From Victivallales bacterium (GTDB lineage: Bacteria > Verrucomicrobiota > Lentisphaeria > Victivallales > GWF2-38-69), in assembly GCA_021733985.1 (NCBI GenBank), contig JAIPJT010000008.1:13092-77091 (forward strand): 64,000 nt of DNA, given 5' to 3'. Under the pieces are notes generated by a model. It was not told the origin of the DNA. It saw only the letters and a program-made list of their open reading frames with translations, and did not search any database. Every line of letters begins with the position of its first letter. Position 1 is the first letter of the stretch. Positions 39,931 through 48,847 of this stretch are shown here, in pieces. The translations under genes were made by a program, and so were the position numbers.

Positions 39931-41562
39931 ATGGCTAACGGTATTTTTAAACCTACTCCTGCATCAAATGAACCGGTGAAAAGTTATGCTCCGGGTACCC
40001 CTGAAAGAGGAGAAGTAAAGAAAGTCCTCGATAAACTTTGTAATTCAGAATATGATATTCCCCTGTTCATTGGCGGCAAAGAAATTAAAACCGGTAAAAC
40101 AGCAAAATTATCATCACCCTCAGACCACTCCAAATGTTTTGGGAAATATCACCTTGCAGAAGCCAAACACCTCGAAATGGCAATTGAGGCTGCAGAAAAG
40201 GCCAGGTCAGAATGGAAAAATCTGCCCTGGGAAGAAAGAGCAGGTATATTTTTAAAAGCCGCCGCCCTTCTCTCAGGCAAATATCGGTATCTAATAAACG
40301 CCGCAACAATGCTGGGGCAGGGAAAAACAGTTCATCAGGCCGAGATTGACGCCGCATGCGAACTGATAGACTTCCTGAATTTCAATGTAAATTATATGCG
40401 GCAGATTTATACAGATCAACCTTTCAGCCCTAAAGGTACATGGAACAGAATCGAATATATGCCGCTGGAAGGTTTCGTTCTGGCAATTACCCCTTTTAAT
40501 TTTACCGCCATAGGAGGAAATCTCCCGACTTCACCGGCAATGATGGGGAATACTGTACTCTGGAAACCGGCCAGTACTGCAATATTGTCTTCATATCTTT
40601 TCTTTCAGATACTTAGAGAAGCCGGCCTTCCTGACGGAGTCATAAACTTTATTCCAGGCAGCGGCGCAGTAATAGGGCAGAAAGCTCTTGAACACGAAAA
40701 GCTGGCCGGTGTACACTTTACAGGGTCAACCGAAGTATTTCTTAACGTATGGAAAACTATTGGTAACAATATTCATAAATATAAATCATACCCGCGAATT
40801 GTCGGGGAAACAGGCGGTAAGGATTTTCTCATTGCATATAAAGATGCAGACATTGCACCGATCATTACAGCATGTGTAAGAGGCGCTTATGAGTATCAGG
40901 GGCAGAAATGCTCAGCTCTCAGCCGAGCATACTTACCAAGAACAATGTCCGAAAAAGTTATTGACGGCATCAAGTCTCAGCTTGACACAGTCAAAATGGG
41001 AGATGTAACTGACTTTTCCAATTTCCTTACAGCTGTTATTGATAAGAGTTCATTCAATAACATTAAATCCTATATAGATTTTGCAAAGGAATCTCCTGAG
41101 GCAGAAATCGTTTACGGCGGCACATGCGATGACAGTAAAGGTTACTATGTTGAACCTACGGTTATTCTAACATCCAATCCTCATTTTAAAACTATGAAAG
41201 AGGAGATTTTCGGACCGGTACTGACAATTTACATCTATGAAGATGATAAAATTGATGAAGCCCTGGATCTCGTCGATACAACAAGTATTTATGCCCTCAC
41301 CGGTGCTATTTTTGCTACTGACAGGACCATGATCAATAAAATGCTGAGAAAACTTGAACATGCTGCGGGTAATTTTTATGTAAACGATAAACCTACCGGG
41401 TCAGTAGTCGGGCAGCAGCCTTTCGGTGGATCCCGCGGCAGCGGTACAAACGATAAAGCAGGAAGCAAAGTAAATCTAATGCGGTGGATAAGTATGCGGA
41501 CTATAAAAGAAACTTTTGAACCGCCTGTAGACTACAGATATCCATTCATGGATGATGAATAA
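39931..41562 (+). CDS. pruA: L-glutamate gamma-semialdehyde (1-pyrroline-5-carboxylate) dehydrogenase
   Basis: 543-aa ORF in the aldehyde dehydrogenase superfamily, with catalytic regions FTGSTEVF, GETGGKDF and EYQGQKCSALSR. Length and end sequences are typical of PruA/RocA. Confidence 0.75.
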   Translation: MANGIFKPTPASNEPVKSYAPGTPERGEVKKVLDKLCNSEYDIPLFIGGKEIKTGKTAKLSSPSDHSKCFGKYHLAEAKHLEMAIEAAEKARSEWKNLPWEERAGIFLKAAALLSGKYRYLINAATMLGQGKTVHQAEIDAACELIDFLNFNVNYMRQIYTDQPFSPKGTWNRIEYMPLEGFVLAITPFNFTAIGGNLPTSPAMMGNTVLWKPASTAILSSYLFFQILREAGLPDGVINFIPGSGAVIGQKALEHEKLAGVHFTGSTEVFLNVWKTIGNNIHKYKSYPRIVGETGGKDFLIAYKDADIAPIITACVRGAYEYQGQKCSALSRAYLPRTMSEKVIDGIKSQLDTVKMGDVTDFSNFLTAVIDKSSFNNIKSYIDFAKESPEAEIVYGGTCDDSKGYYVEPTVILTSNPHFKTMKEEIFGPVLTIYIYEDDKIDEALDLVDTTSIYALTGAIFATDRTMINKMLRKLEHAAGNFYVNDKPTGSVVGQQPFGGSRGSGTNDKAGSKVNLMRWISMRTIKETFEPPVDYRYPFMDDE

Positions 41563-41581
41563 TAGTTTTTTGTTTTGCCGA

Positions 41582-41636
41582 AGACTATAAGCTATAGATT
41601 AAGGAAACTAAAACTTTCAGTCGATAGCTTATGTCT
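41582..41636. terminator. Imperfect long hairpin between convergent genes (possible bidirectional terminator)
   Basis: AGACTATAAGCTAT (41582-41595) pairs with ATAGCTTATGTCT (41624-41636), with one bulge. A T-rich run lies upstream (TTTTTTGTTTT) and an A-rich run downstream (GAAACAACAAAC). Confidence 0.35.
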
Positions 41637-41668
41637 GTAGGCTGAAACAACAAACTTTCCGTATAACT

Positions 41669-42475
41669 TCAATTTAAGTTAAAAGTTTCTTCGAGCTCTT
41701 TCATCTGTCTGTCATTCATCCCCTCCGGTATAAAACCGGCAGATAGGCACTTAAAAAATATTTCAGCACCTTTATTAGCTACATCTACAAAGTCAAAGGC
41801 TTCCGCAACATCCCTACCGGCAGCCAGAGCGCCATGCTTTTCCCATAAAGCAACATTATAATGTTTTAAAACTTCCACTGTCTTATCAGCTAATTTTTCA
41901 GAACTGGGCAGTTCGTAAAGAACAAGGCCTATCCCTTTCGGAACAAAAGCCCTCACCTCTGGCAGCATACGCCAAAGTTGATCAGAAACCTGCTCTGAAC
42001 TTTTGCAGTAATCCTTAGAGTGGGTCAAAGCTATAAGTTCATGCGGATGAGTATGCACAATTGCCTTATAGCTTGTTTTCCTTTTTATTAGATCTAAATG
42101 TATTTTAAAATGGGATATCAATTCCGAAGTCGGGTTGAAATCTGTTTTTTCTCCACCCCAAATAATGTAATAACCATTAGCTTTGTCATTCACTTTTAAA
42201 ATACAGCTGTTTTCTCTAAGCTTCCCCGCACTTTTAGCCATATCACGTATTCTCAACCCTGTCCCGGACGTAAAAAAAACTTTGCCTGCAAGTTGATGAT
42301 CAAGCTGGCAGTATTCAATATATTTACATCTTTCCAAATTTACTGCTACCCCCTCATATTCTTCGGTCATATTTACAGAAATATTCCCCCCGTTCCTTTC
42401 AGCCCAGCCTTTATCCCATAAATAACCGGAAATCTCCTGTATTTCTTCTAAAACAGCTTCGATTTTACTATTCAT
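41669..42475 (-). CDS. Class II aldolase/adducin-family protein (rhamnulose-1-phosphate aldolase-like)
   Basis: 268-aa ORF. DKGWAERNGGNISV near the N-terminus and the metal-binding HTHPHELIALTH resemble RhaD-type aldolases. Confidence 0.65.
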   Translation of the reverse strand: MNSKIEAVLEEIQEISGYLWDKGWAERNGGNISVNMTEEYEGVAVNLERCKYIEYCQLDHQLAGKVFFTSGTGLRIRDMAKSAGKLRENSCILKVNDKANGYYIIWGGEKTDFNPTSELISHFKIHLDLIKRKTSYKAIVHTHPHELIALTHSKDYCKSSEQVSDQLWRMLPEVRAFVPKGIGLVLYELPSSEKLADKTVEVLKHYNVALWEKHGALAAGRDVAEAFDFVDVANKGAEIFFKCLSAGFIPEGMNDRQMKELEETFNLN

Positions 42476-42623
42476 ATTTTCTTCCTTTTAATTTTTTAAT
42501 AGCTTAATAATCATTATACAGATAGAAATATCAGTATTGTTCATACTGGTATTCAACTAATAAATAAATTATAATATATATTATATCGGATTTCGATAAC
42601 TTTTAAAATTCTTCCAGTCCTAA

Positions 42624-42812
42624 GTTTTTTTTATATTCAATGAAAAACTTAATATTAATGATAGCATTATTATGTTTACGGACGGAATTACAGAAGCCTT
42701 TGATTAAAAGAACATATAGAGTATACGGAAAGCTAAATTTTTTTCAATGTTAATGCAAAACGCAAATAAACACCGGCAGAAATATGCAGAACTGTATTTT
42801 ATAATATTTTAA
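42624..42812 (+). pseudogene. Remnant of the C-terminus of a PP2C/SpoIIE-type phosphatase
   Basis: Frame at 42624-42707 reads ...EKLNINDSIIMFTDGITEAFD*. MFTDGITEA is the signature TDG-x-x-E metal-binding strand of SpoIIE/PP2C domains. After the stop, another frame continues with a plausible C-terminal tail. No start codon and no upstream part of the domain. Confidence 0.4.
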
Positions 42813-42885
42813 CATTTCAAAATAATACTTTGTCTTATAATATGACAATGGTGATTACAAAAAAAATAAAAATAGGTATTATAGT

Positions 42886-43383
42886 ATGGGAAAAAAACTA
42901 AAACCGCTGTGGGCTCCATGGAGGATCGAATATATACTCAGCCCTAAAAATGGAGAATGCTTTTTATGCAACCGCGAAAAAGATAATGATAAACCGGATG
43001 ATTTTATGGTAATTGCACGCGGTAAAAAAGTTTTTGTAATACTTAACGCATATCCATATAATTCCGGTCACCTGATGATAACCCCTTATGAGCATATAGG
43101 GGATATTTCTTCACTCTCCAAAGAAACACTTCATGAAATGATGGAAGTTTGCACAGCAGCCAAAAACACACTTAATAATACTATGAATCCTGATGGATTC
43201 AATATAGGTTTCAACTTGGGAACAGCAGCAGGAGCAGGGCTGAAAGAACATATCCACATGCATATTGTGCCAAGGTGGATTGGAGACACCAACTTTATGC
43301 CGGTTATCGATAATACAAGAGTCATACCACAGGCTTTAAGGGATACAGCGGATATTTTAAGGAAAAAATTTGTATTTATCTGA
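42886..43383 (+). CDS. HIT-family nucleotide hydrolase/transferase
   Basis: 165-aa ORF with histidine triad HIHMHIVPRW, and NAYPYNSGHLMITPYEH upstream. Confidence 0.8.
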   Translation: MGKKLKPLWAPWRIEYILSPKNGECFLCNREKDNDKPDDFMVIARGKKVFVILNAYPYNSGHLMITPYEHIGDISSLSKETLHEMMEVCTAAKNTLNNTMNPDGFNIGFNLGTAAGAGLKEHIHMHIVPRWIGDTNFMPVIDNTRVIPQALRDTADILRKKFVFI

Positions 43384-43626
43384 ATTACTGTTATATTCGG
43401 CACTTTGAAAATTAATTGATTCTACAATTATAATGTTCTGTTTCTGCATTCCCTGCAGCGTTCCTTAACTCTAAAATACTTTTACTACTTTTAAATCTTT
43501 TGTTTATCTTAATAAGAAAAAGTTTCCAGGGTATTCTTAAGGAATTGTATAAACACATTTTTTAATTTTTTTTGTATTTATTGTTTGTATTATTTTTATA
43601 ATATGATAATATAAAATTCATTTGCC

Positions 43627-43711
43627 GCTCGGGTGGCGGAATTGGCAGACGCGCATGGTTGAGGGCCATGTGGAGTAATCCGTGGGGGTTCGAGTCCCCC
43701 CCCGAGCACCA
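43627..43711 (+). tRNA. tRNA-Leu (GAG)
   Basis: Manual cloverleaf, 85 nt: GCTCGGG TG GCG GAATTGGCAGA CGC G CATGG TTGAGGG CCATG, long variable arm TGGAGTAATCCGT, then GGGGG TTCGAGT CCCCC CCCGAGC A CCA. Confidence 0.9.
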
Positions 43712-43719
43712 TTAAATAC

Positions 43720-43915
43720 AATTAGATGTTGCACGAAAAGGTTTCATATTCTGCGGCTCAGCACTTTGTGTTATTTTTGACTTTTTACTATATATTTCAT
43801 TATTGGAATATTGGATTTTTTCAGTAAAACGACGCAAAACTGCTAAAAAAATTACCGTTACGAATGGATTACTCGAAACAGGTAGTCCTTGAGTCTTTTC
43901 GTGCAATATCTAATT
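43720..43915. repeat. 196-bp element bounded by 21-bp terminal inverted repeats, between two tRNA genes
   Basis: AATTAGATGTTGCACGAAAAG (43720-43740) versus the reverse complement of 43895-43915 (AATTAGATATTGCACGAAAAG) matches at 20 of 21 positions. The interior shows further short complementary blocks (GTTTC/GAAAC, ATTC/GAAT, CGG/CCG, AGCA/TGCT, TTTGTG/CGCAAA). Confidence 0.55.
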
Positions 43916-43948
43916 AAGTTAAAAGTCAGTAATCGGGCTTAATTTGGT

Positions 43949-44025
43949 GCCCACATAGCTCAGTTGGTAGAGCACTTCCTTGGTAAGGAAGAGGCCCACC
44001 GGTTCAAGTCCGGTTGTGGGCTCCA
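43949..44025 (+). tRNA. tRNA-Thr (GGU)
   Basis: Manual cloverleaf, 77 nt: GCCCACA TA GCTC AGTTGGTA GAGC A CTTCC TTGGTAA GGAAG AGGCCC ACCGG TTCAAGT CCGGT TGTGGGC T CCA. The variable loop appears to be 6 nt. Confidence 0.88.
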
Positions 44026-44110
44026 GTTTATTTATAGCAATTTATAATAGTAAAATAATTAATAAAAAGTGATATTAAAACTAGCTTAGTTTGGAGGCTA
44101 AAGAACTATC

Positions 44111-45307
44111 ATGGCAAAACAAAAATTTGACAGAAGTAAAGAACACATTAACATCGGTACTATTGGTCACGTTGACCATGGTAAAACAACTCTTACTGCC
44201 GCAATAACAAAAACAATGTCTAAAAAATTCGGTACTGAAGTAAGAAATTTTGACCAAATCGACAACGCTCCTGAAGAAAAAGCAAGAGGTATTACTATCA
44301 ATACCGCTCACGTCGAGTATGAAACAGAAAAACGTCACTATGCTCATGTTGACTGTCCAGGACATGCGGACTATATTAAAAATATGATTACAGGAGCCGC
44401 TCAAATGGACGGTTCTATTCTGGTTATCGCCGCAACAGACGGACCAATGGCTCAGACACGTGAACATATCCTTCTTGCGCGTCAGGTAGGAGTTCCTGCA
44501 ATCGTTGTATTCCTTAATAAAACTGATCAGGTTGATGACGAAGAACTTATCGAACTCGTTGAAATGGAGGTCCGTGAACTTTTATCCGCTTATGACTTCG
44601 ACGGAGATGAAACACCGATTATCCAGGGATCAGCTCTTAAAGCTCTTGAAACCGACGGTAATCCTGAAGATCCTTCCAACAAATGCATACTTGATCTAAT
44701 GGATGCATGCGATAAATATATTCCTGCTCCTCAACGTGCAATTGACCAGACATTCCTGATGCCTGTTGAAGACGTTTTCTCAATTGAAGGTCGCGGTACA
44801 GTTGTAACAGGAAGAATAGAACGCGGAATAGTTAAGACCGGTGATTCTGTAGAAATTGTTGGTATTAAAAATACTCGTAAGACTACAGTTACAGGCGTGG
44901 AAATGTTCCGTAAAATTCTCGATGAAGGTGAAGCAGGAGATAATGTAGGCTGCCTTCTTCGCGGAGTAAAAAAACATGAAGTTGAACGTGGTCAGGTACT
45001 TGCAAAACCGGGTTCAATTACACCGCATACTAAATTCAAAGCTGAAATTTACGTTCTGTCTAAAGATGAAGGTGGAAGACATACTCCGTTCTTCACAAAT
45101 TACAGACCACAGTTTTATTTCAGAACAACTGATGTAACCGGTATCATTACACTTCCTGAAGGAACAGAAATGATTATGCCTGGAGATAATGCACAGATTA
45201 ATGTCGAATTAATTGCCCCAATCGCTATGGAAAAAACACTCCGTTTCGCTATTCGTGAAGGTGGCAGAACTGTCGCATCAGGCCGTGTTACTGAAATAAT
45301 TGAGTAA
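44111..45307 (+). CDS. tuf: Elongation factor Tu
   Basis: 398-aa ORF: [28 protein letters not shown]..., DCPGH, NKTD. Confidence 0.97.
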   Translation: MAKQKFDRSKEHINIGTIGHVDHGKTTLTAAITKTMSKKFGTEVRNFDQIDNAPEEKARGITINTAHVEYETEKRHYAHVDCPGHADYIKNMITGAAQMDGSILVIAATDGPMAQTREHILLARQVGVPAIVVFLNKTDQVDDEELIELVEMEVRELLSAYDFDGDETPIIQGSALKALETDGNPEDPSNKCILDLMDACDKYIPAPQRAIDQTFLMPVEDVFSIEGRGTVVTGRIERGIVKTGDSVEIVGIKNTRKTTVTGVEMFRKILDEGEAGDNVGCLLRGVKKHEVERGQVLAKPGSITPHTKFKAEIYVLSKDEGGRHTPFFTNYRPQFYFRTTDVTGIITLPEGTEMIMPGDNAQINVELIAPIAMEKTLRFAIREGGRTVASGRVTEIIE

Positions 45308-45334
45308 TTTATTTACTTAAATAATTTTAATTTG

Positions 45335-45369
45335 TCCCGGAAGCTATTTTCAGCTCCCGGGATATTTTA
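45335..45369 (+). terminator. Candidate intrinsic terminator or attenuator after tuf
   Basis: TCCCGGAAGCT (45335-45345) pairs with AGCTCCCGGGA (45352-45362), one mismatch, 6-nt loop, followed by TATTTTA. Confidence 0.5.
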
Positions 45370-45387
45370 CTAAAATTGGTGAACATC

Positions 45388-45540
45388 ATGGCTAGAGAAA
45401 TTGTAACATTAGCATGCACTGTGTGTAAAAGAAGAAATTACACTACAAAAAAAGAAAAAAGAAATACTCCGGGTAAACTGGAGATGAAAAAGTATTGCAA
45501 ATTTGATAGAAAGCACACTTTGCATAAAGAAACAAAGTAA
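45388..45540 (+). CDS. rpmG: 50S ribosomal protein L33
   Basis: Not in the ORF track because it is under 60 aa. My translation gives 50 aa: [50 protein letters not shown]. It has the Cys pairs and the position (tuf-rpmG-tRNA-Trp-secE) typical of L33. Confidence 0.85.
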   Translation: MAREIVTLACTVCKRRNYTTKKEKRNTPGKLEMKKYCKFDRKHTLHKETK

Positions 45541-45574
45541 TAAGATATTTTTAATAACTCTTAATAATACTGTC

Positions 45575-45650
45575 AGGAGGGTAGCTCAGTTGGTAGAGCA
45601 GCGGTCTCCAAAACCGCAGGTCGCAGGTTCAACTCCTGTCCCTCTTGCCA
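45575..45650 (+). tRNA. tRNA-Trp (CCA)
   Basis: Manual cloverleaf, 76 nt: AGGAGGG TA GCTC AGTTGGTA GAGC A GCGGT CTCCAAA ACCGC AGGTC GCAGG TTCAACT CCTGT CCCTCTT G CCA. Confidence 0.9.
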
Positions 45651-45661
45651 ACATAATTAAA

Positions 45662-45859
45662 ATGCAGAAATTTTTGACAAAAACCAGACAGTTCATATCA
45701 GGAACTCTTGATGAATTACAGAAATGTTCCTGGCCGACTCGAGAAGAATTATATGAATCAACTATAGTCGTTCTTATTGCTATAGCTCTAATTGCTCTTT
45801 TTGTATTTTTAGTTGATTTTGGAAGCCAGAAATTGATCTCATTTCTAACAGGATTTTAA
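45662..45859 (+). CDS. secE: Preprotein translocase subunit SecE
   Basis: 65 aa from the ATG at 45662: MQKFLTKTRQFISGTLDELQKCSWPTREELYESTIVVLIAIALIALFVFLVDF... It has a single C-terminal TM and the conserved KV/C-SWPTR-E motif. The track ORF start (45503) runs through tRNA-Trp and was rejected. Confidence 0.8.
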   Translation: MQKFLTKTRQFISGTLDELQKCSWPTREELYESTIVVLIAIALIALFVFLVDFGSQKLISFLTGF

Positions 45860-45888
45860 TAAAAACGTTTTTTAAAGAATAGTTGATT

Positions 45889-46473
45889 ATGACTGATAAT
45901 ATAATAAATGAAGAAAAAGGGAAGTGGTATGTCATTCAGGCAATGTCCGGACATGAGAATAAAGTGAAGGATAATCTTGAAAGACAATTACAACTTGAAA
46001 AAAACGATTTGCCAATATACGAAATTTTGATACCTGTTGAAAAAATATCAGAAGTAAAACAGGGTGAGAAAATAACATCTTCAAGAAAATTCTTTCCCGG
46101 ATATGTGTTAATACGAATGGATTTATATTCAGATGACGGAGATATAAGGGAAGACATCTGGTATTTTGTCAGAGAGACCCAGGGAGTTATTGGGTTTATC
46201 GGATGCGGAGCAGATAAACGTCCGCTGCCATTGAACCCCTCTGAAGTTAAAAGCCTCATGAATCAGGTTAAAGAAAAAGAAGAAGTTGTTGCACCTAAAA
46301 TTAAATATAATACAGGTGAAACAGTTACTGTTAAAGAAGGTGCTTTTGAAAATTTCGAAGGTGTTATTGATGAAATAGACACCGAAAGAGGAAAACTTAA
46401 GGTAATGGTCTCTATTTTTGGCAGATCAACACCGGTTGAACTCGAATTTTGGCAGGTTGAGAAGAATGACTGA
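45889..46473 (+). CDS. nusG: Transcription termination/antitermination factor NusG
   Basis: 194 aa from the ATG at 45889. KWYVIQAMSGHENKV NGN domain, FPGYVLIRM, and a C-terminal KOW domain (GETVTVKEGAFENFEGVIDEID). Confidence 0.9.
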   Translation: MTDNIINEEKGKWYVIQAMSGHENKVKDNLERQLQLEKNDLPIYEILIPVEKISEVKQGEKITSSRKFFPGYVLIRMDLYSDDGDIREDIWYFVRETQGVIGFIGCGADKRPLPLNPSEVKSLMNQVKEKEEVVAPKIKYNTGETVTVKEGAFENFEGVIDEIDTERGKLKVMVSIFGRSTPVELEFWQVEKND

Positions 46474-46565
46474 ACGGGCTTCTCAGCCAATCGTTCGTAA
46501 ATTATAACAATTTGTGGTAGGAAACCCGTTCGTTCGAACCACATATTGAACAGCAGGAAATAAAA

Positions 46566-46994
46566 ATGGCAAAAAAAGTAAAAGCTGAAATCAAATTACA
46601 GATTCCAGCAGGTGCTGCTAATCCGGCTCCGCCTGTAGGTCCGGCTTTAGGACAGGCCGGCGTGAATATTATGGAATTCTGTAAAAAATTCAATGCAGCT
46701 ACGCAGTCACAGTCCGGAATGGTAATACCTGTAGTTATTACTGTCTATCAGGACAGGTCGTTTACTTTTATCACTAAATCACCGCCAGCTGCAATTCTAT
46801 TAAAGAAGGCTGCTGGGCTTGCCTCCGGTGCAAATACACCAGGTAAGGAAAAAGTTGGAAGAGTTAGCAGTGAACAGGTTCTTGAAATTGCTAAGACTAA
46901 AATGAAAGATTTGAACGCAAGAACAGAAGAAGCAGCCGTGAAAATCATTGAAGGCGCTGCGCGAAGTATGGGAATTGAGGTGTCAGATGCGTAG
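46566..46994 (+). CDS. rplK: 50S ribosomal protein L11
   Basis: 142 aa: [43 protein letters not shown]. Confidence 0.95.
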   Translation: MAKKVKAEIKLQIPAGAANPAPPVGPALGQAGVNIMEFCKKFNAATQSQSGMVIPVVITVYQDRSFTFITKSPPAAILLKKAAGLASGANTPGKEKVGRVSSEQVLEIAKTKMKDLNARTEEAAVKIIEGAARSMGIEVSDA

Positions 46995-47688
46995 AAGTAA
47001 ATTATATCGTGAGCAGACTTCTAAATATGACTGCCATAAGCTGTACAGTCTAAAAGATGCTATTCGTATTGTAAAGGAGGAAATGCCTCATTCGAAATTT
47101 GATGAAACAATAGAAATTGCTTTTAAGCTTGGGATTGACCCTAAGAAGTCTGATCAAAATGTAAGAGGAGCGGTTACACTTCCGAAAGGAACCGGAAAAG
47201 AAATAAAGGTTGTTGTTATAGCTTCTGGACAAGCAGCAGAAGATGCTAAAGAGGCAGGTGCTGATATGGTAGGCTTTGAAGATATAATAGAGAAAATTAA
47301 AGGGGGCTGGCTGGATTTTGATTCATTAATTTCTACACCGGACGCAATGCCTAAAGTAAGACCATTGGGCAGAACTTTAGGACCGAGGGGATTAATGCCC
47401 AACCCTAAGACAGGCACAGTAACAAATAATGTATCTGCAGCAGTAACTGAAGCTAAAGCCGGGAAAGTTGAATACAGAGCTGACCGTGGAGCATGTGCTC
47501 ATGTACCTGTAGGAAAATTGTCATTTTCTCTGGAAGATATTCAGGAAAACTGTAATTCAGTAATCAAAGCTATTTTAGCAGCTAGACCGTCAACTACAAA
47601 AGGTACTTATCTTATAAGTTGTTCGATATGCTCAACTATGAGCCCCGGTATAAAAGTGAATACTAAAGAATTCACAAGGAGGCCCTGA
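46987..47688 (+). CDS. rplA: 50S ribosomal protein L1
   Basis: 233 aa from the ATG at 46987, overlapping the rplK stop by 8 nt. [34 protein letters not shown] is canonical L1. The track start at 46948 would overlap rplK by 47 nt. Confidence 0.9.
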   Translation: MRRSKLYREQTSKYDCHKLYSLKDAIRIVKEEMPHSKFDETIEIAFKLGIDPKKSDQNVRGAVTLPKGTGKEIKVVVIASGQAAEDAKEAGADMVGFEDIIEKIKGGWLDFDSLISTPDAMPKVRPLGRTLGPRGLMPNPKTGTVTNNVSAAVTEAKAGKVEYRADRGACAHVPVGKLSFSLEDIQENCNSVIKAILAARPSTTKGTYLISCSICSTMSPGIKVNTKEFTRRP

Positions 47689-48203
47689 TGAGAATTGAAA
47701 AAAAACAGTTAGTTAATGATATAACTAATATTATCGAAAATAGTAATTTCCTTTATATGATTTCTTATAAGGGACTTAATGTAAAGCAATTCGATGAGTT
47801 GAGAATGTCTCTTGATGAAGTGAATGCTAAATGTACAATCCTTAAAAATAAACTTATAAAAAAAGCTGCAGAACTGAATAATAAAGATGATCTTTTTAAT
47901 ATGGAGTTTTCTGGAGATACTGCTTTAGTAAGCGGTAAAAGCGATCCGGGGGCTGTAGCTAAAACAATTAGTGAGTTTGCAAAAAAACATAAACAGGTCA
48001 GTTTTAAAGGCGGTTATCTTGAAGGAGCAGTACTTTCAAGTGAACAGGCTGTTTCAATTTCAAAACTTCCCCCGCGTGAAATTCTGCTCGCACAACTGCT
48101 TGGCACATTACAGGCACCGGCCGCCAGCCTTGCAAGACTGCTAAATGCAAAATTATCCGGTGTTGTTTATGCTTTAAGTGCTTATAAAGATAAAATTAGT
48201 TAA
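47688..48203 (+). CDS. rplJ: 50S ribosomal protein L10
   Basis: 171 aa. Start overlaps the rplA stop (TGATG). Position and C-terminal LLGTLQAPAASLARLL are typical of L10. Confidence 0.9.
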   Translation: MRIEKKQLVNDITNIIENSNFLYMISYKGLNVKQFDELRMSLDEVNAKCTILKNKLIKKAAELNNKDDLFNMEFSGDTALVSGKSDPGAVAKTISEFAKKHKQVSFKGGYLEGAVLSSEQAVSISKLPPREILLAQLLGTLQAPAASLARLLNAKLSGVVYALSAYKDKIS

Positions 48204-48261
48204 TTATTAATATATATATAAAATTTAAAATTAGAAAATTTAATATTTGGAGGATAAAAAA

Positions 48262-48663
48262 ATGTCTGAAGTTACTAATGTTTCACCTGAAATGGAAAAA
48301 TTTATCTCTTACATCGAAAACATGACAGTTCTTGAACTCTCAGAGTTAATAAAGACTTTGGAAGATAGACTCGGTGTTTCAGCCGCTGCTCCGTTAGCAG
48401 CAGCTGCAGCTGTACCGGCAGCAGCTGAAGGAGAAGAAGAAGCTGAAGAAAAAACAGAATTTGATGTTGTTCTAACCAGTTTCGGCAGCTCTAAAGTCGG
48501 TGTAATCAAAGTTGTAAGAGCAGTTACTGGTCTTGGCCTCAAAGATGCAAAAGACTTAGTAGAATCAGCACCTAAGGCCATCAAAGAAGGCACAGACAAA
48601 GAAGATGCTGAAAAGATCAAAAAAGATCTTGAAGGTGCCGGTGCTACTGTTGAACTTAAGTAA
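48262..48663 (+). CDS. rplL: 50S ribosomal protein L7/L12
   Basis: 133 aa from the ATG at 48262, with GGAGGA RBS at 48249-48254. Ala-rich hinge and C-terminal [25 protein letters not shown]. Confidence 0.93.
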   Translation: MSEVTNVSPEMEKFISYIENMTVLELSELIKTLEDRLGVSAAAPLAAAAAVPAAAEGEEEAEEKTEFDVVLTSFGSSKVGVIKVVRAVTGLGLKDAKDLVESAPKAIKEGTDKEDAEKIKKDLEGAGATVELK

Positions 48664-48690
48664 GTTCAAAAATTTATAAATAAACAATAA

Positions 48691-48724
48691 CGGGAAATAC
48701 GTAAAATCGTATTTCCCGCTTTTG
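48691..48724 (+). terminator. Intrinsic terminator/attenuator between rplL and rpoB
   Basis: CGGGAAATACG (48691-48701), loop TAAAAT, CGTATTTCCCG (48708-48718): a perfect 11-bp stem followed by CTTTTGG. Confidence 0.7.
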
Positions 48725-48847
48725 GCATTATAATTTTTTACATTCCATAACTTTCATATTCTTAATATTTATTCGCTTACTTATTGAATATTAATTTCAT
48801 TATACTTAATTCGCTATTATATAGTAACAAATTTTACAGGTGTAGTA

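Noticed and set aside
43712-43906. 64-aa minus-strand ORF between tRNA-Leu and tRNA-Thr
   Set aside because: It is bounded almost exactly by the 21-bp inverted repeats, has no RBS, and its composition looks like translated A+T-rich spacer. I treat it as non-coding.
43720-43915. Identification of the TIR-bounded element as 6S RNA or SRP RNA
   Set aside because: The size and closing helix are superficially 6S-like. I cannot see the conserved SRP motifs or a convincing 6S central-bubble architecture by eye, so identity is left open pending an Rfam scan.
45503-45661. Track ORF start for secE that reads through tRNA-Trp
   Set aside because: The first 53 codons overlap the rpmG end and the whole tRNA-Trp gene. 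The SecE-like sequence begins at the ATG at 45662.
46948-46986. Longer track starts for rplA (46948), and similarly rplC (60416), rplW (61747), rplL (48247) and nusG (45883)
   Set aside because: The extensions overlap upstream genes or lack RBSs, and they add non-homologous residues. Internal ATGs preceded by GGAGG-type RBSs give canonical N-termini.
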